64,000 nt of DNA from a bacterium (GTDB lineage: Bacteria; Patescibacteriota; Saccharimonadia; Saccharimonadales; Saccharimonadaceae), in NCBI GenBank assembly GCA_043724245.1, contig JAYSMZ010000018.1, forward strand, positions 626 through 64,625, in the 5' to 3' direction. Position numbers and translations under genes: made by a program. This document shows positions 9,087 through 19,400 of this stretch, in pieces; within the stretch, counting starts at the first letter, position 1; each line of letters begins with the position of its first letter. Under the pieces are notes generated by a model that did not search any database, was not told the origin of the DNA, and worked only from the letters and a program-made list of their open reading frames with translations.

Positions 9087-9118
9087 TTATACTATAAGCA
9101 GTATGGCGGTATATAAAG
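9087..9118 (+). repeat. Direct repeat copy 2 (contains the -10-like TATACT and start codon of the prgI-like gene)
   Basis: See the 8303-8334 entry. Confidence 0.9.
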
Positions 9119-10077
9119 TCCCCCAAGATGTTGAAGCTGACGATAAATTAATCGGACCGTTTAGTTTTCGCCAGTTTATTTATCTGGTTATTGTCGCTTT
9201 GGCAATTATGATGGCGTGGGGATTGGCGCAGTTATTTGTCCCTCTTTTAGTTCTGCCGTTGCCAATCATCATATTTTTCGGTGCACTTGCCTTGCCACTG
9301 CGCAAAGACCAACCAATGGAAATATACATGGCGGCAATGGTGTCGTTTTTCCTGAAACCACACCGACGTTTATGGGACCCGGATGGTATTGATTCATTAA
9401 TTGAAATTACCGTACCAAAAATTATCGAATACAGCCGAACTAAAGATTTATCTATGTCCGAAGCCGAACGCCGTTTTAGTTATTTGGCTGAAATAGTCGA
9501 CAGCCAAGGGTGGGCTATCCGTGGACCCGGAGTCCAAGCACCAAATAGTGCTATGACAAGCGACGCATATTTTGAAGCTCAGTCTGTCGAGGACATATTG
9601 GATAACAACGCAACAACTTCGCTTTCACTATCTGATAAATTAAAACAAAGTGAAGCCCGCCTGCGCCAAGAGGCGGTCGACATTATGCATAAAAAAGTGT
9701 TCGCGCCCAAACCACAGCCTGTTGCTACAGCCCAGCCAAAGCAACTGGCTCAGCCTCAGCCTGTTCAACCAATGCCAAGTCCTGCCAGTTATTTTGGAGG
9801 CACACCACTTGTCGAACCGGCTATTGCCGCTGAGCCAACAGTCGCTACGCCGATCAACTATAACCCATACCCAGATATCAGACAGTCGGTCATCGAACCA
9901 ATCGGGCAACAAAAACCAGCGGCCAAACCAAAAACAACCACTAGCGCAAAGGTGGTACCAGCTGGTATAATAAACCTCGCTAGTAATACCGATCTAACAA
10001 TCGCGGCTATTGCTCGTGAAGCTGATAGAATTCAGAAAAAACAAGACGCACAAGAGGTAATAGTTAAACTTCGATAG
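9103..10077 (+). CDS. PrgI/VirB3-like T4SS membrane protein with Pro/Gln-rich C-terminal extension
   Basis: The N-terminus MAVYKVPQDVEADDKLIGPFSFRQFIYLVIVALAIMMAW is followed by a second TM helix. This matches the PrgI-family (VirB3-like) signature of Gram-positive T4SS. ATG 9103 is preferred over GTG 9082. Confidence 0.65.
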   Translation: MAVYKVPQDVEADDKLIGPFSFRQFIYLVIVALAIMMAWGLAQLFVPLLVLPLPIIIFFGALALPLRKDQPMEIYMAAMVSFFLKPHRRLWDPDGIDSLIEITVPKIIEYSRTKDLSMSEAERRFSYLAEIVDSQGWAIRGPGVQAPNSAMTSDAYFEAQSVEDILDNNATTSLSLSDKLKQSEARLRQEAVDIMHKKVFAPKPQPVATAQPKQLAQPQPVQPMPSPASYFGGTPLVEPAIAAEPTVATPINYNPYPDIRQSVIEPIGQQKPAAKPKTTTSAKVVPAGIINLASNTDLTIAAIAREADRIQKKQDAQEVIVKLR

Positions 10078-10108
10078 CAAATACTAAGGGGAGTGGGAAC
10101 GAACAAAC

Positions 10109-10939
10109 ATGCCGCCAAACAATCAAACGCCAGTACAACCGCCTGCCGCTCCGCCTGCAGGTAATTCTGCTATCCAGGGCTCTGGTACCAATGCTCCTGC
10201 ACCACAAAAGCCAAAAAACCCTAATTCTACCCAAAACACCCTGTTATTATCAGAGATCCGCGACAATATGGTCATCATGACTGATGGTTCGTTCCGCGCT
10301 GTTGTTGCCTGCAAATCAATAAACTTCGATTTGATGAGCAGTACCGAACGCGAAGGCGTCGAATACAGTTACCAAAATTTCCTGAATGCCCTAAACCATC
10401 CAGTTCAAATACTTATCCGTTCACAACGTATTGATATTGGCCCGTACATTGAACGTCTAGTCGAAATACGTCGCAACCAGGATAATATGCTGCTAAACGT
10501 TTTGATGGATGATTACATCGACTATATCGATATGCTGTCCCAAGAAGCGAATATTATGGACAAATCATTTTTTATCGCAATTCCATACTATGCGCAGGGC
10601 GATGTTAACAACCTGGTTGAACAAGGCAAGGGATTCTTTGGCAAGTTATTTGGCGGAAATAAAAATATTATTACTAAAATTGACACTATCACTTACGAAA
10701 AAGCCAAAACTGAAATAAAAAACAGAGTTGACGGTGTTATGGCCGGGTTGTTCCAATTGGGAATACAAAGCGTCCAATTAAACACCAAAGAACTTGGCGA
10801 ACTGTATTATAACTTTTATAACCCAGACACAGCAGTACGCGAACCACTAGGAGATTTTGACAACGTAACATCGATTTATACCAAAAAAGCAACTGCTGAT
10901 ACACCAGTCGAACAAGCAGGAACAGAGGTAACAGAATGA
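10109..10939 (+). CDS. T4SS protein resembling a detached VirB4 N-terminal domain
   Basis: 276 aa. A disordered Pro-rich N-terminus precedes IRDNMVIMTDGSFRAVVACKSINFDLMSSTEREGVEYSYQNFLNALNHPVQILIRSQRIDIGPYIERL. That pattern is like the CagE/TrbE/VirB4 N-terminal region. The stop overlaps the VirB4 start as ATGA. Confidence 0.5.
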   Translation: MPPNNQTPVQPPAAPPAGNSAIQGSGTNAPAPQKPKNPNSTQNTLLLSEIRDNMVIMTDGSFRAVVACKSINFDLMSSTEREGVEYSYQNFLNALNHPVQILIRSQRIDIGPYIERLVEIRRNQDNMLLNVLMDDYIDYIDMLSQEANIMDKSFFIAIPYYAQGDVNNLVEQGKGFFGKLFGGNKNIITKIDTITYEKAKTEIKNRVDGVMAGLFQLGIQSVQLNTKELGELYYNFYNPDTAVREPLGDFDNVTSIYTKKATADTPVEQAGTEVTE

Positions 10940-12837
10940 TGGCACGAAAAAAATCCGATGTTTCCGAAATCGCTGCCGAGCAACGCGAACGTGAACAAAT
11001 CGAAGTTGAACAAGCATTTTTAAAGGGCGTTACAACACTTCGTGATTTAATCGCCCCCAGTAGTATCGAAATTCATTCATCACATTTTAGACTGGGAACA
11101 AAATATGGACGGACGCTATATATATATGGATACCCGCGACAAATTTATACCGGTTGGCTGAGTTCGCTGATTAATATTGACGAGGTTTTAGATGTCAGTA
11201 TGTTTGTTTATCCGGTTGAAAGTCAGGTTGTTCTGAAAAACTTGCGTAAAAAAGTGACTCAGCTGGAAGCGTCAATGTCAATTAACAGCGAAAAAGGCCG
11301 GATTCGGGACCCAGGTCTGGAAGCCGCTATCGGCGACGCCGAAGAACTTCGCGACCAATTGCAGGTTGGAGCCGAAAGGTTTTTCCGCTTCGGACTTTAC
11401 ATAACACTATATGCCGACAGTATGGATGAACTAGGGTTTGTCCAACATAAAATTGAAACGATTTTTGGCCAGCAAATGGTTTTCAGCAAAGTCGCCAGCA
11501 GTCAGCAAGAACAGGGATTGAACAGCACTATACCGCAAATGTCAGACCAGTTACAAATTCGTCGCAACATGGACACGGGTGCAATCAGCACAAGTTTCCC
11601 ATTCACCAGCGCCGATTTGACCCAAGAAAACGGCATACTTTATGGAATTAATATGCATAACAATGGCCTAGTCATCTTTGACAGGTTTAGTTTAGAAAAT
11701 GCTAATATGGTGGTTTTTGCAAAGTCGGGTGCAGGCAAATCTTTCACGGTTAAACTTGAGGCTTTGCGAAGTTTGATGACTGGTACTGAAGTCATTATCA
11801 TCGATCCGGAAAGTGACTACAAAAAACTTTGTGATGCGGTAGGTGGCAGTTATATTCGCCTAAGCTTGAATTCGAACACCAGGATTAATCCTTTTGATTT
11901 ACCGCGTGTTATTGATACCGACGAAGCCGACAATGCTTTGCGTGCCAATTTAATTACCCTGCATGGACTATTAAAGCTTATGCTGGGCACTACTCAGCCG
12001 ACAACAACCGGCGTCCCAATGCCTTCGGCATTAACTCCTACAGAAGAGGCAGACCTAGATCAAGCATTAATTGATACTTATGCTCGTGTCGGGATTACAG
12101 CCGATCCGTTGACGCATAATTCACAACCGCCAACAATCAGCGACTTGTATGATACGCTTTTGCACATGGGTGGCAGTGGGCCAAGTTTGGCTCAGCGTTT
12201 GCGGAAATACACGTCTGGAACTTTTGCCGGGATATTCAGCCAGCAATCCAATACTGAAATAAATAATATGATGGTGGTATTTAATACTCGTGACCTAGAG
12301 GATGAATTGCGACCGGTTGCAATGTATATTATTCTCAGTCATATCTGGAATTTAATCCGTGCAGAAAAAAAGAAACGGCTTTTAATAATTGATGAGGCCT
12401 GGGAAATGATGAAATATGACGACTCGGCAAACTTTTTATTCAGTCTGGCCAAACGAGCTCGTAAATATTATTTGGGCCTGACGACAATCACACAGGATGT
12501 CGAAGATTTTATGAGCAGTAAAATGGGGCGCGCCATCGTTGCCAACAGTTCGATGTCGATTCTGTTAAAGCAATCGCCAAGTGCAGTTGATGTCATGTCG
12601 AATGTCTTTAAGTTAACAGATGAGGAAAAGAAGCGATTAGCAAATTTCCCAATCGGCCAAGGTTTGTTCTTTGCCGGACAAAGCCACGTCCATATACAAA
12701 TTGACGCCAGCGATGCTGAAAAACAAATAGCCAACACCAATCCTCAAATTGCCGACCAGCCAATAGGTCCACAACCAACTCAACCAAACAGTGGGCCCAG
12801 CGCTAGTAGTTATATTAACCCCGAATCAAGCGTGTAA
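10936..12837 (+). CDS. virB4: VirB4-family T4SS ATPase
   Basis: 633 aa. Walker A is FAKSGAGKSFTVK and Walker B-like is LLIIDEAWEMM. The upstream motif GRTLYIYGYPRQIYTGWLSSL is typical of Gram-positive VirB4/TrsE-type ATPases. Confidence 0.85.
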   Translation: MMARKKSDVSEIAAEQREREQIEVEQAFLKGVTTLRDLIAPSSIEIHSSHFRLGTKYGRTLYIYGYPRQIYTGWLSSLINIDEVLDVSMFVYPVESQVVLKNLRKKVTQLEASMSINSEKGRIRDPGLEAAIGDAEELRDQLQVGAERFFRFGLYITLYADSMDELGFVQHKIETIFGQQMVFSKVASSQQEQGLNSTIPQMSDQLQIRRNMDTGAISTSFPFTSADLTQENGILYGINMHNNGLVIFDRFSLENANMVVFAKSGAGKSFTVKLEALRSLMTGTEVIIIDPESDYKKLCDAVGGSYIRLSLNSNTRINPFDLPRVIDTDEADNALRANLITLHGLLKLMLGTTQPTTTGVPMPSALTPTEEADLDQALIDTYARVGITADPLTHNSQPPTISDLYDTLLHMGGSGPSLAQRLRKYTSGTFAGIFSQQSNTEINNMMVVFNTRDLEDELRPVAMYIILSHIWNLIRAEKKKRLLIIDEAWEMMKYDDSANFLFSLAKRARKYYLGLTTITQDVEDFMSSKMGRAIVANSSMSILLKQSPSAVDVMSNVFKLTDEEKKRLANFPIGQGLFFAGQSHVHIQIDASDAEKQIANTNPQIADQPIGPQPTQPNSGPSASSYINPESSV

Positions 12838-12856
12838 AGGATAATGCAAGGGAATT

Positions 12857-15800
12857 ATGGCTGAACCCGCACGAAAATTTGATCCTGATATTGAACATGA
12901 TATTACACCCCCTTTTCTAAAGGGTCTCGAGGGCGGTGGCGATACCAATTCAAGACGAGGAAACCTAGAGGCTGTTAAGAATTCAGAATCCAAACCAGGA
13001 AAACTAGGTACTGGTTCTGTCGCGGAACGCGAGGCAAAAGGCTCAAATGTTATCAAGGGACCGTGGAAAAGTAGTGTTACCGGCAATAAACCTGGCTCAT
13101 CTAAATTCGGCGGTCTTTATGCTGCAATTAAAAAAAAGAGTCCAGTCGCAGTAATTATCGCACTTATATTTGGTGGAGGAGCAACAATTTTCATGGGGAG
13201 CGGCATTCTTGCGCCAATTTCCTTTATTACAAATGTCGCTGACGACCTTAACGACCAACTTGCCTCTCTTGACATTCGCAATGAACACATGGGGAGAAAC
13301 AAGATACCAAGCGTAGAAAGAGACAAGGCAATAGCAGGTTGTAGAACACTATCTATTAGATGTAAGTTCCGTACTATGTCAAAAACTCAGGTAAAAAAAT
13401 TTGAAAAAGCCGGAATAAAAGTAATTGGCGAAAAAGGTGGAATATTTGGCAATAGAATAAAACCGACTGAATATGTGTTTGAAAATAAGTCATATGGACC
13501 AAAAGAGTTTGCTAAAGAGATTAATATAAAAAGCGGAAACAGTAGGATACGTTATGCATTAAGGCGTGGAATTAATATGAAGTATATCGGTTTTAGCGAT
13601 AAATCATTTATTAACATACTAGATAAATTTGGTATATCAAGAAAACCTCCAGAACTCAGAGGTACCAAAGAAGATCGGGTAAAAGCCCTTATGGATAGAA
13701 CTGGTGCGAATAGTATTGATGATCTTAAGTTTAAGCCTGTGGACAAAGAAGGTAATGCTGTCCCCGATGGGGAAGAGCCACATCATTATTTACTAGAGGG
13801 AGACACAGGCCCAAATCCAAGACAATATAGCAAAAAACAGGTGGGTACCATGAAAAAGGCTATCTCTGGGGTGCAGTCTGCTGTGAGGCCAACAAAACTA
13901 ACAGGCGCTGCCTTAAAGGGTTTGTCGGTTTTAGGGGCAGTAGACCTAGCTTGTTCAATAAAAAATACGATTGGGATGGCAGCTATTGCCCAAAAAGTTG
14001 CAAATTCAGTCCAACTTGCAAAATACGCAATGCCTGTTATGAGTCTTGCTGGTCAAATGAAAGCTGGCGATATATCAACAGCTGATTCCGAAGTACTAGG
14101 CGAGTTTTTTATGAATCCAGACAATCGAAAAACGATTTCAGAAATAGCGGGCTCATCAGCGAGCGATGCGTCGGTAAAGGACGTCGCCAACCCGAATTAT
14201 GGCAAGAACGCTATGGATTCAGATTTGTATAGTATGTCGACAACAGGAGAGGTTGCATCAAACCCAGTAAACACTACGTATTCTTTGGGTATGGGGGTAA
14301 GCCGATTATTATCGGGTGTAGCCTTTTCTGCAGCAATAATGGACACAATTCTTAACGTTGGCTCGGATAATGATATGACCTGTAGATTTGCGCAAAATTG
14401 GTTTGTGCGCGGAGCCGGAGTGGTAGTTGCAGCTGTCGGGGTAGTTACTAGTGGCGGTACCTCTTTAGTACCACAGGCTGCATTGTTTGGTGGTATGATG
14501 GCAGCATTTTTAGCAGTTAACTATGCTCTAAAATCTGCGTTAAGTGGGTCATTATTTGAAGGAGGTATGCAGGATTCGCCAGTTGAAAGAGGAGCAGCTA
14601 CTTGGACGGGTATGGCCGTAATAGAGGGAGAAACGGCAAAAAACCGAGGTATGATGCCTGGAAACAGCAAACAGATTGTCGCCTACAACCAATTACAGAA
14701 CAGCTCGAAACTAGATTATATTGCAATGGAGTCCCAGGACGTCAACCCTCTTGATGTTTCGAGTCAATATTCATTCCTTGGGTCATTCGTAAGATCAATT
14801 AGTGGCCACTTTAGTTCTTCGGCAAACTCATCTTCGTTAAGCGGTATATTGTCGTTAATTTCTAGTAGTATGTCGTCAGCCGTAAATCCTCAAGCAACGT
14901 ATGCAAAAAATATTGATTCTTCAAGGTTCACAAAATGTGACGATGATATATATAAAGACGCTGGTATTGACGCTGACGTACAATGTAATATTCGATACGT
15001 AATGCCGACTGAAGATTTGGCGCTTGACACTGACGAAGTGGCACGTTATATGGAAGATAACGGTTATGTAGAAAAAGACACTACAACAGGACTACCGGCA
15101 GGATACACCGAACCAGTCCCAAGTGAAACTCAAAACTTTGCAATGAATTTATTAAATGGAGCAGTTGATAGTTTTTACAATGACAGAAACTACGGAGACA
15201 CAACCGCGGGCAAAGAGTATGGTCAGTTCCTTGACTACTGCGCCTACCGTTCAATGCCATTTGGTCAAACATATGAAGAATCAGGAGCGTTTAACGCAGC
15301 AGATCCGAGTTGGGTTGACGGAAGTAACTGCATGAAACAAGGAGCTCCTTATAGTTATTTCCGCATATATACATTTGATAAAACCGTAAACGCGGCTATT
15401 GATGATGAATATGCCGAAGATGTCACTTCGCAGGATTCTACCGACCCTGTGGGTTCAAGTCCGAACGTTGGAAATATCGATATAGATTATACGGATAACG
15501 GAGCAAATATACCGTGTGCCGCCGGTACAACAAATACAAATCCTGCAATCCAACAAGGGTATTACGAAGACCCTAGTGGCCGCATTTCGTTAAGCTATGG
15601 TAGGTCTCGTTACCGTGTCACCACCGTAAAAGTCCGAACCTGCAATGTTGGTTCAGGCAAACCGGTAAACTCACAAATATCCGCATCGGCTAAACAGATG
15701 CTAAAAGACAATGACAGACTGAGTATATACTCTGGGTTCAGAGACATGGCGTTGCAAACACAACTATGGTTCGATAACGGCCAGGACCAAAGGTACGTGG

Positions 15801-15976
15801 CCAGGCCTGGTACTTCTAATCATCAAATGGGCATAGCGATGGATTTGGCATGCGACGGCATAAAGATAGGTGGTCATTCAAACCAATGTTTTGTGTGGTT
15901 AAAGAATAATGCTTCCAAATATGGCTTCAAGAATTATGATCCCGAACCGTGGCACTGGTCGGTGAATGGTAGTTGA
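12857..15976 (+). CDS. Large T4SS-associated membrane protein with C-terminal VanY/M15-type peptidoglycan peptidase domain
   Basis: 1039 aa. TM helix near aa 95-125 and further hydrophobic segments mid-protein. The C-terminus SGFRDMALQTQLW...ARPGTSNHQMGIAMDL...YDPEPWHW carries the SxHxxGxAxD and ExWH motifs of the zinc D-Ala-D-Ala carboxypeptidase (M15B/VanY) family. Confidence 0.75.
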   Translation: MAEPARKFDPDIEHDITPPFLKGLEGGGDTNSRRGNLEAVKNSESKPGKLGTGSVAEREAKGSNVIKGPWKSSVTGNKPGSSKFGGLYAAIKKKSPVAVIIALIFGGGATIFMGSGILAPISFITNVADDLNDQLASLDIRNEHMGRNKIPSVERDKAIAGCRTLSIRCKFRTMSKTQVKKFEKAGIKVIGEKGGIFGNRIKPTEYVFENKSYGPKEFAKEINIKSGNSRIRYALRRGINMKYIGFSDKSFINILDKFGISRKPPELRGTKEDRVKALMDRTGANSIDDLKFKPVDKEGNAVPDGEEPHHYLLEGDTGPNPRQYSKKQVGTMKKAISGVQSAVRPTKLTGAALKGLSVLGAVDLACSIKNTIGMAAIAQKVANSVQLAKYAMPVMSLAGQMKAGDISTADSEVLGEFFMNPDNRKTISEIAGSSASDASVKDVANPNYGKNAMDSDLYSMSTTGEVASNPVNTTYSLGMGVSRLLSGVAFSAAIMDTILNVGSDNDMTCRFAQNWFVRGAGVVVAAVGVVTSGGTSLVPQAALFGGMMAAFLAVNYALKSALSGSLFEGGMQDSPVERGAATWTGMAVIEGETAKNRGMMPGNSKQIVAYNQLQNSSKLDYIAMESQDVNPLDVSSQYSFLGSFVRSISGHFSSSANSSSLSGILSLISSSMSSAVNPQATYAKNIDSSRFTKCDDDIYKDAGIDADVQCNIRYVMPTEDLALDTDEVARYMEDNGYVEKDTTTGLPAGYTEPVPSETQNFAMNLLNGAVDSFYNDRNYGDTTAGKEYGQFLDYCAYRSMPFGQTYEESGAFNAADPSWVDGSNCMKQGAPYSYFRIYTFDKTVNAAIDDEYAEDVTSQDSTDPVGSSPNVGNIDIDYTDNGANIPCAAGTTNTNPAIQQGYYEDPSGRISLSYGRSRYRVTTVKVRTCNVGSGKPVNSQISASAKQMLKDNDRLSIYSGFRDMALQTQLWFDNGQDQRYVARPGTSNHQMGIAMDLACDGIKIGGHSNQCFVWLKNNASKYGFKNYDPEPWHWSVNGS

Positions 15977-15977
15977 T

Positions 15978-16478
15978 ATGAATAAGAAGATTATTATCAT
16001 CATATCTGCGATAATCATCATTGTTTCAGTCTGTGCTGTTTTTTATATTTTTCAACAAAATTCAAAAAAATCTGTTGAATCAGACTCGGGGAATGTCAGT
16101 ATCAAAATTGCTAAGGGCGCCGAAAAAGATACGAAAATCATACAACCTGCCGTTGAGGCCTATTTGTCCCAAAATGTCTCTGAAACTATTGCGTCAAGAA
16201 GCAAACGATTATCTGCTTACTTTACGTCTGACAGCCCGGTTCTAAGCCGTGACATTGAAATTCGTTCAATAAACTCAGCAGTCAAAACAAAAGGGAGTTT
16301 GACATCGGTATCGTTTATTGCGGGTGAAAGTCAATTACCAACCCTAATTGTTAAAGCAGATGTAACAAGTTATGCTGGGTCAAATAGTAATACTGTTTCA
16401 CAAACTTATTGGGTATCCATGAAGAATAATTCCATGAAAGTTCTTAAGGCCTATGATATAGGGTTGATGGATCAATAA
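15978..16478 (+). CDS. Small N-terminally membrane-anchored protein (VirB8-like scaffold or immunity candidate)
   Basis: A single TM (IIIIISAIIIIVSVCAVFYIF) plus a ~130-aa beta-rich ectodomain. ATG 15978 sits directly after the upstream stop. Confidence 0.45.
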   Translation: MNKKIIIIISAIIIIVSVCAVFYIFQQNSKKSVESDSGNVSIKIAKGAEKDTKIIQPAVEAYLSQNVSETIASRSKRLSAYFTSDSPVLSRDIEIRSINSAVKTKGSLTSVSFIAGESQLPTLIVKADVTSYAGSNSNTVSQTYWVSMKNNSMKVLKAYDIGLMDQ

Positions 16479-16479
16479 T

Positions 16480-19400
16480 ATGAAGATGTTAACTAAGAAT
16501 AATTTCAAAAAAACAAACATATACCTTTGTTTATTGATAATGGTTTTATCTACATTATTATTGCCTTTAAAAGTTTTGGCGGTTGATTTAGATTTTTTTT
16601 CCGCTAATGATATTTTGTTTTATATGCCTTGCGAAGTGCCAACCAGTTCTGACAACAGCAGCGCCGGCGCTGCTTCTAACGGGACAATTGTTTTAATAGG
16701 TGATTCTATCTCAGTTGGCTTACAAAATGTTGGGATAGCAAAAAAACTCAAAGATAACGGATATACAGACGTTACTATTGACGCCGCCGGTAGCCGCAGC
16801 ATGTTAAGCCCCGGAGACAGCACAACTAATGGTCTTCAGGCAGTAGATGCCAACAAAGACAAAATATCCTCTGCCGGAACAATCGTGGTAGGGCTTGGCA
16901 CAAATACTGAGCCTGAATTCGAATCAAATTTAAAGAAAATGGTCAAGAAAATTCGGAATATAAATAATAATATACGAATATTTTGGACAAATGTTGGCGT
17001 TACAAATACTGGCGCAAAAGCCAGTATGGATGAATACAATAAAATTATCGATAGAAACAAGTCCGCCTTAGACTATACAGTTATCGATTGGCACAAAGAG
17101 GTTATAGATAATCCTAGTTTAATACCTATCCCTGACGGAATTCACCCTGGCGCTAATGGTTATAATAAACTTGCGGCACTCGTTACAAAAAGCGTAGGAA
17201 AAGCTGGGGCAATTAGTAGTAGCGGAGGCGCGCCCATGGATGGCACTGGAAACATACCATACGATCTTCCTGCTACATCAGGCAAAACAGGTTTAGAATC
17301 TGCGATTGATGAAAACGGTAAGTTTATTCACTCTAGCGAAAAAGTTACTTTTTCAAGCCTTGCAAAAAAGGGCCAGGCTTATCGTGACTATTACATAACG
17401 ATGCGTTGGAATTATGTATCGTGGAATTGGGATGGGACGACAGCTGATGCCGATAATGAACAATATGCCTGGATGGCACGGACCCCTAGGATGGTTCTAG
17501 TAACAAACGAAAGGACTGGAAAAAGTATTTACGCCGCAGCCCTAGAAGCTGGGCCGGCTCCATGGGCTGGCGCGGCTAGTGGAACAAGCGGCGCTTCTCG
17601 TAATGGTTGGCATAACCCACAAAGAGGTACGCCATCTGAATACACCGGTCGCGTTTCCGGATTCCCACCAAAAGCATTTAGTGCGTTAGGCGCTAGACAG
17701 GGTATGAGTAGTGGCAGTGGTGATGTTTTGAAATATCAATGGGCCCCCAACCAAAACGCCACTCCTGGTCCCACTACTGACAAAGTTGGCTCTTCGAACA
17801 CTCAAGCCGTAAGTAGTAATCCTAACTGTGGATGTGCTTCTTCGTCTTCGCCTAGCGCCAGCACCAACGGTAAGTTTGATAAATATTTGAAGGCATTAGC
17901 ATATACGGAAAGTGGTGGAAGCTACACGGTTGTAAATAGTTCTGGTTTTGAGGGAAGATACCAAATTGGACCAAATTACTTCAATAGTTACGCTGATAAT
18001 TATCCTCCTGGAAAACAACTAGGTCCGCATGCCGCCACTATGCCGGGTGATGTGCAGGACGCAATGGTTTATCTTCATTTATACGAACAATACCTAAAAG
18101 TAGACAAAGACACATTGCGACTGGCGGCGGGTTGGATTTGGCCAGCGGCGGCGGATTCACCCAACGATCCGGCTATGGATATTGTTTTGCCGGGTAATAA
18201 CGGTGGCCTTACGCCGCGAAAATATGCACAAATTGTCCTTGGTAACATGAAAAAATCTGCTGCTCAAAAACTTGAATTAAAATACCTTGATGCTCCAGAG
18301 TTCGAAAAATATTACAAAAAACTGGATGGCAACAAAAACACACCATATGGGGCCTTTCCTGGTGGAGGATCAAGTGCAAGTACGGCAGGTTCCAGCACTG
18401 GTAATGGTAATGCTAATAATGCAGTCTCAGGTGCAAGCACGGGTACTAAGCCAAAAATTCTCATTAGTCCTGGGCATACTGGTCAAACTGATACTAAAAT
18501 GATGGGGAACCCAGCAATAATAGATCATATATCCCCCAACCCTACCGAAATGCAAAACGTGTGGGACGTCGCAGTTATCGTCAAACGAAAACTAGAAGCA
18601 AAGGGATACGAAGTGTTAATGACAAAAAATAGCGCCAACGGAGGAATATTCTCGTGGGACCGAGCTCAAATGGCGAACGATAACAATGTTGACCTGGCCT
18701 TCGAAATTCATACCGATACTGGAGCTACTTATAATCATGATTGGAAGGTTGGTGAAGTTTGGTCACAATGGAAGGACGGCTATAGGGAAGCTGGGCGCAA
18801 CGGGAATGGACAAAAAGTTAAGCTTGTTGCATCAGATGCTGTTATGGCTAAAAGTCAAGAATATGCAAAAAAAGTTGCCACCGCTAGACAAGAGGCCGGT
18901 CAAACTGGCGTAAAAGGTGTTGTTGGAACCGGTAAATTCGGTACCAGGCCAGCAAAGCCTTTTGATTCGAGCTATCCAACTCCCGCTGGAAATATCCCAC
19001 TAGTAATGCTGTGGTCAAAAGTACCGTGGATATACAACGAGGTAGGTGGGGCGTCAGGTGGACTTACTGATCAGCAAATACAAGTATATGCCGAAGGATT
19101 GGTAAATGGTGTTGTTGAATCAGTCCCACCAGGGAGTGGTGGTTCTACCTCTAGCGAATGTGGAAATACTTCTGGTGATGGTGATGCCACTGCCATCGTA
19201 GAGACTGCTATAAAATACTCCTGGGATAGTTTGGGTGCGGTTCATGGTTGTACGCCGCAAGACGCCTATAAGGAGCCCTGGAAGAAGTTATATTCTGGAT
19301 ATTCCGGAGCTTGTGGTAACCCAGACTATAGCCCGTGCAACCAGTTTGTTGGTACAGTTATGCGTTCTAGTGCAGCTGACAATAAATTTGAACCAAACGT

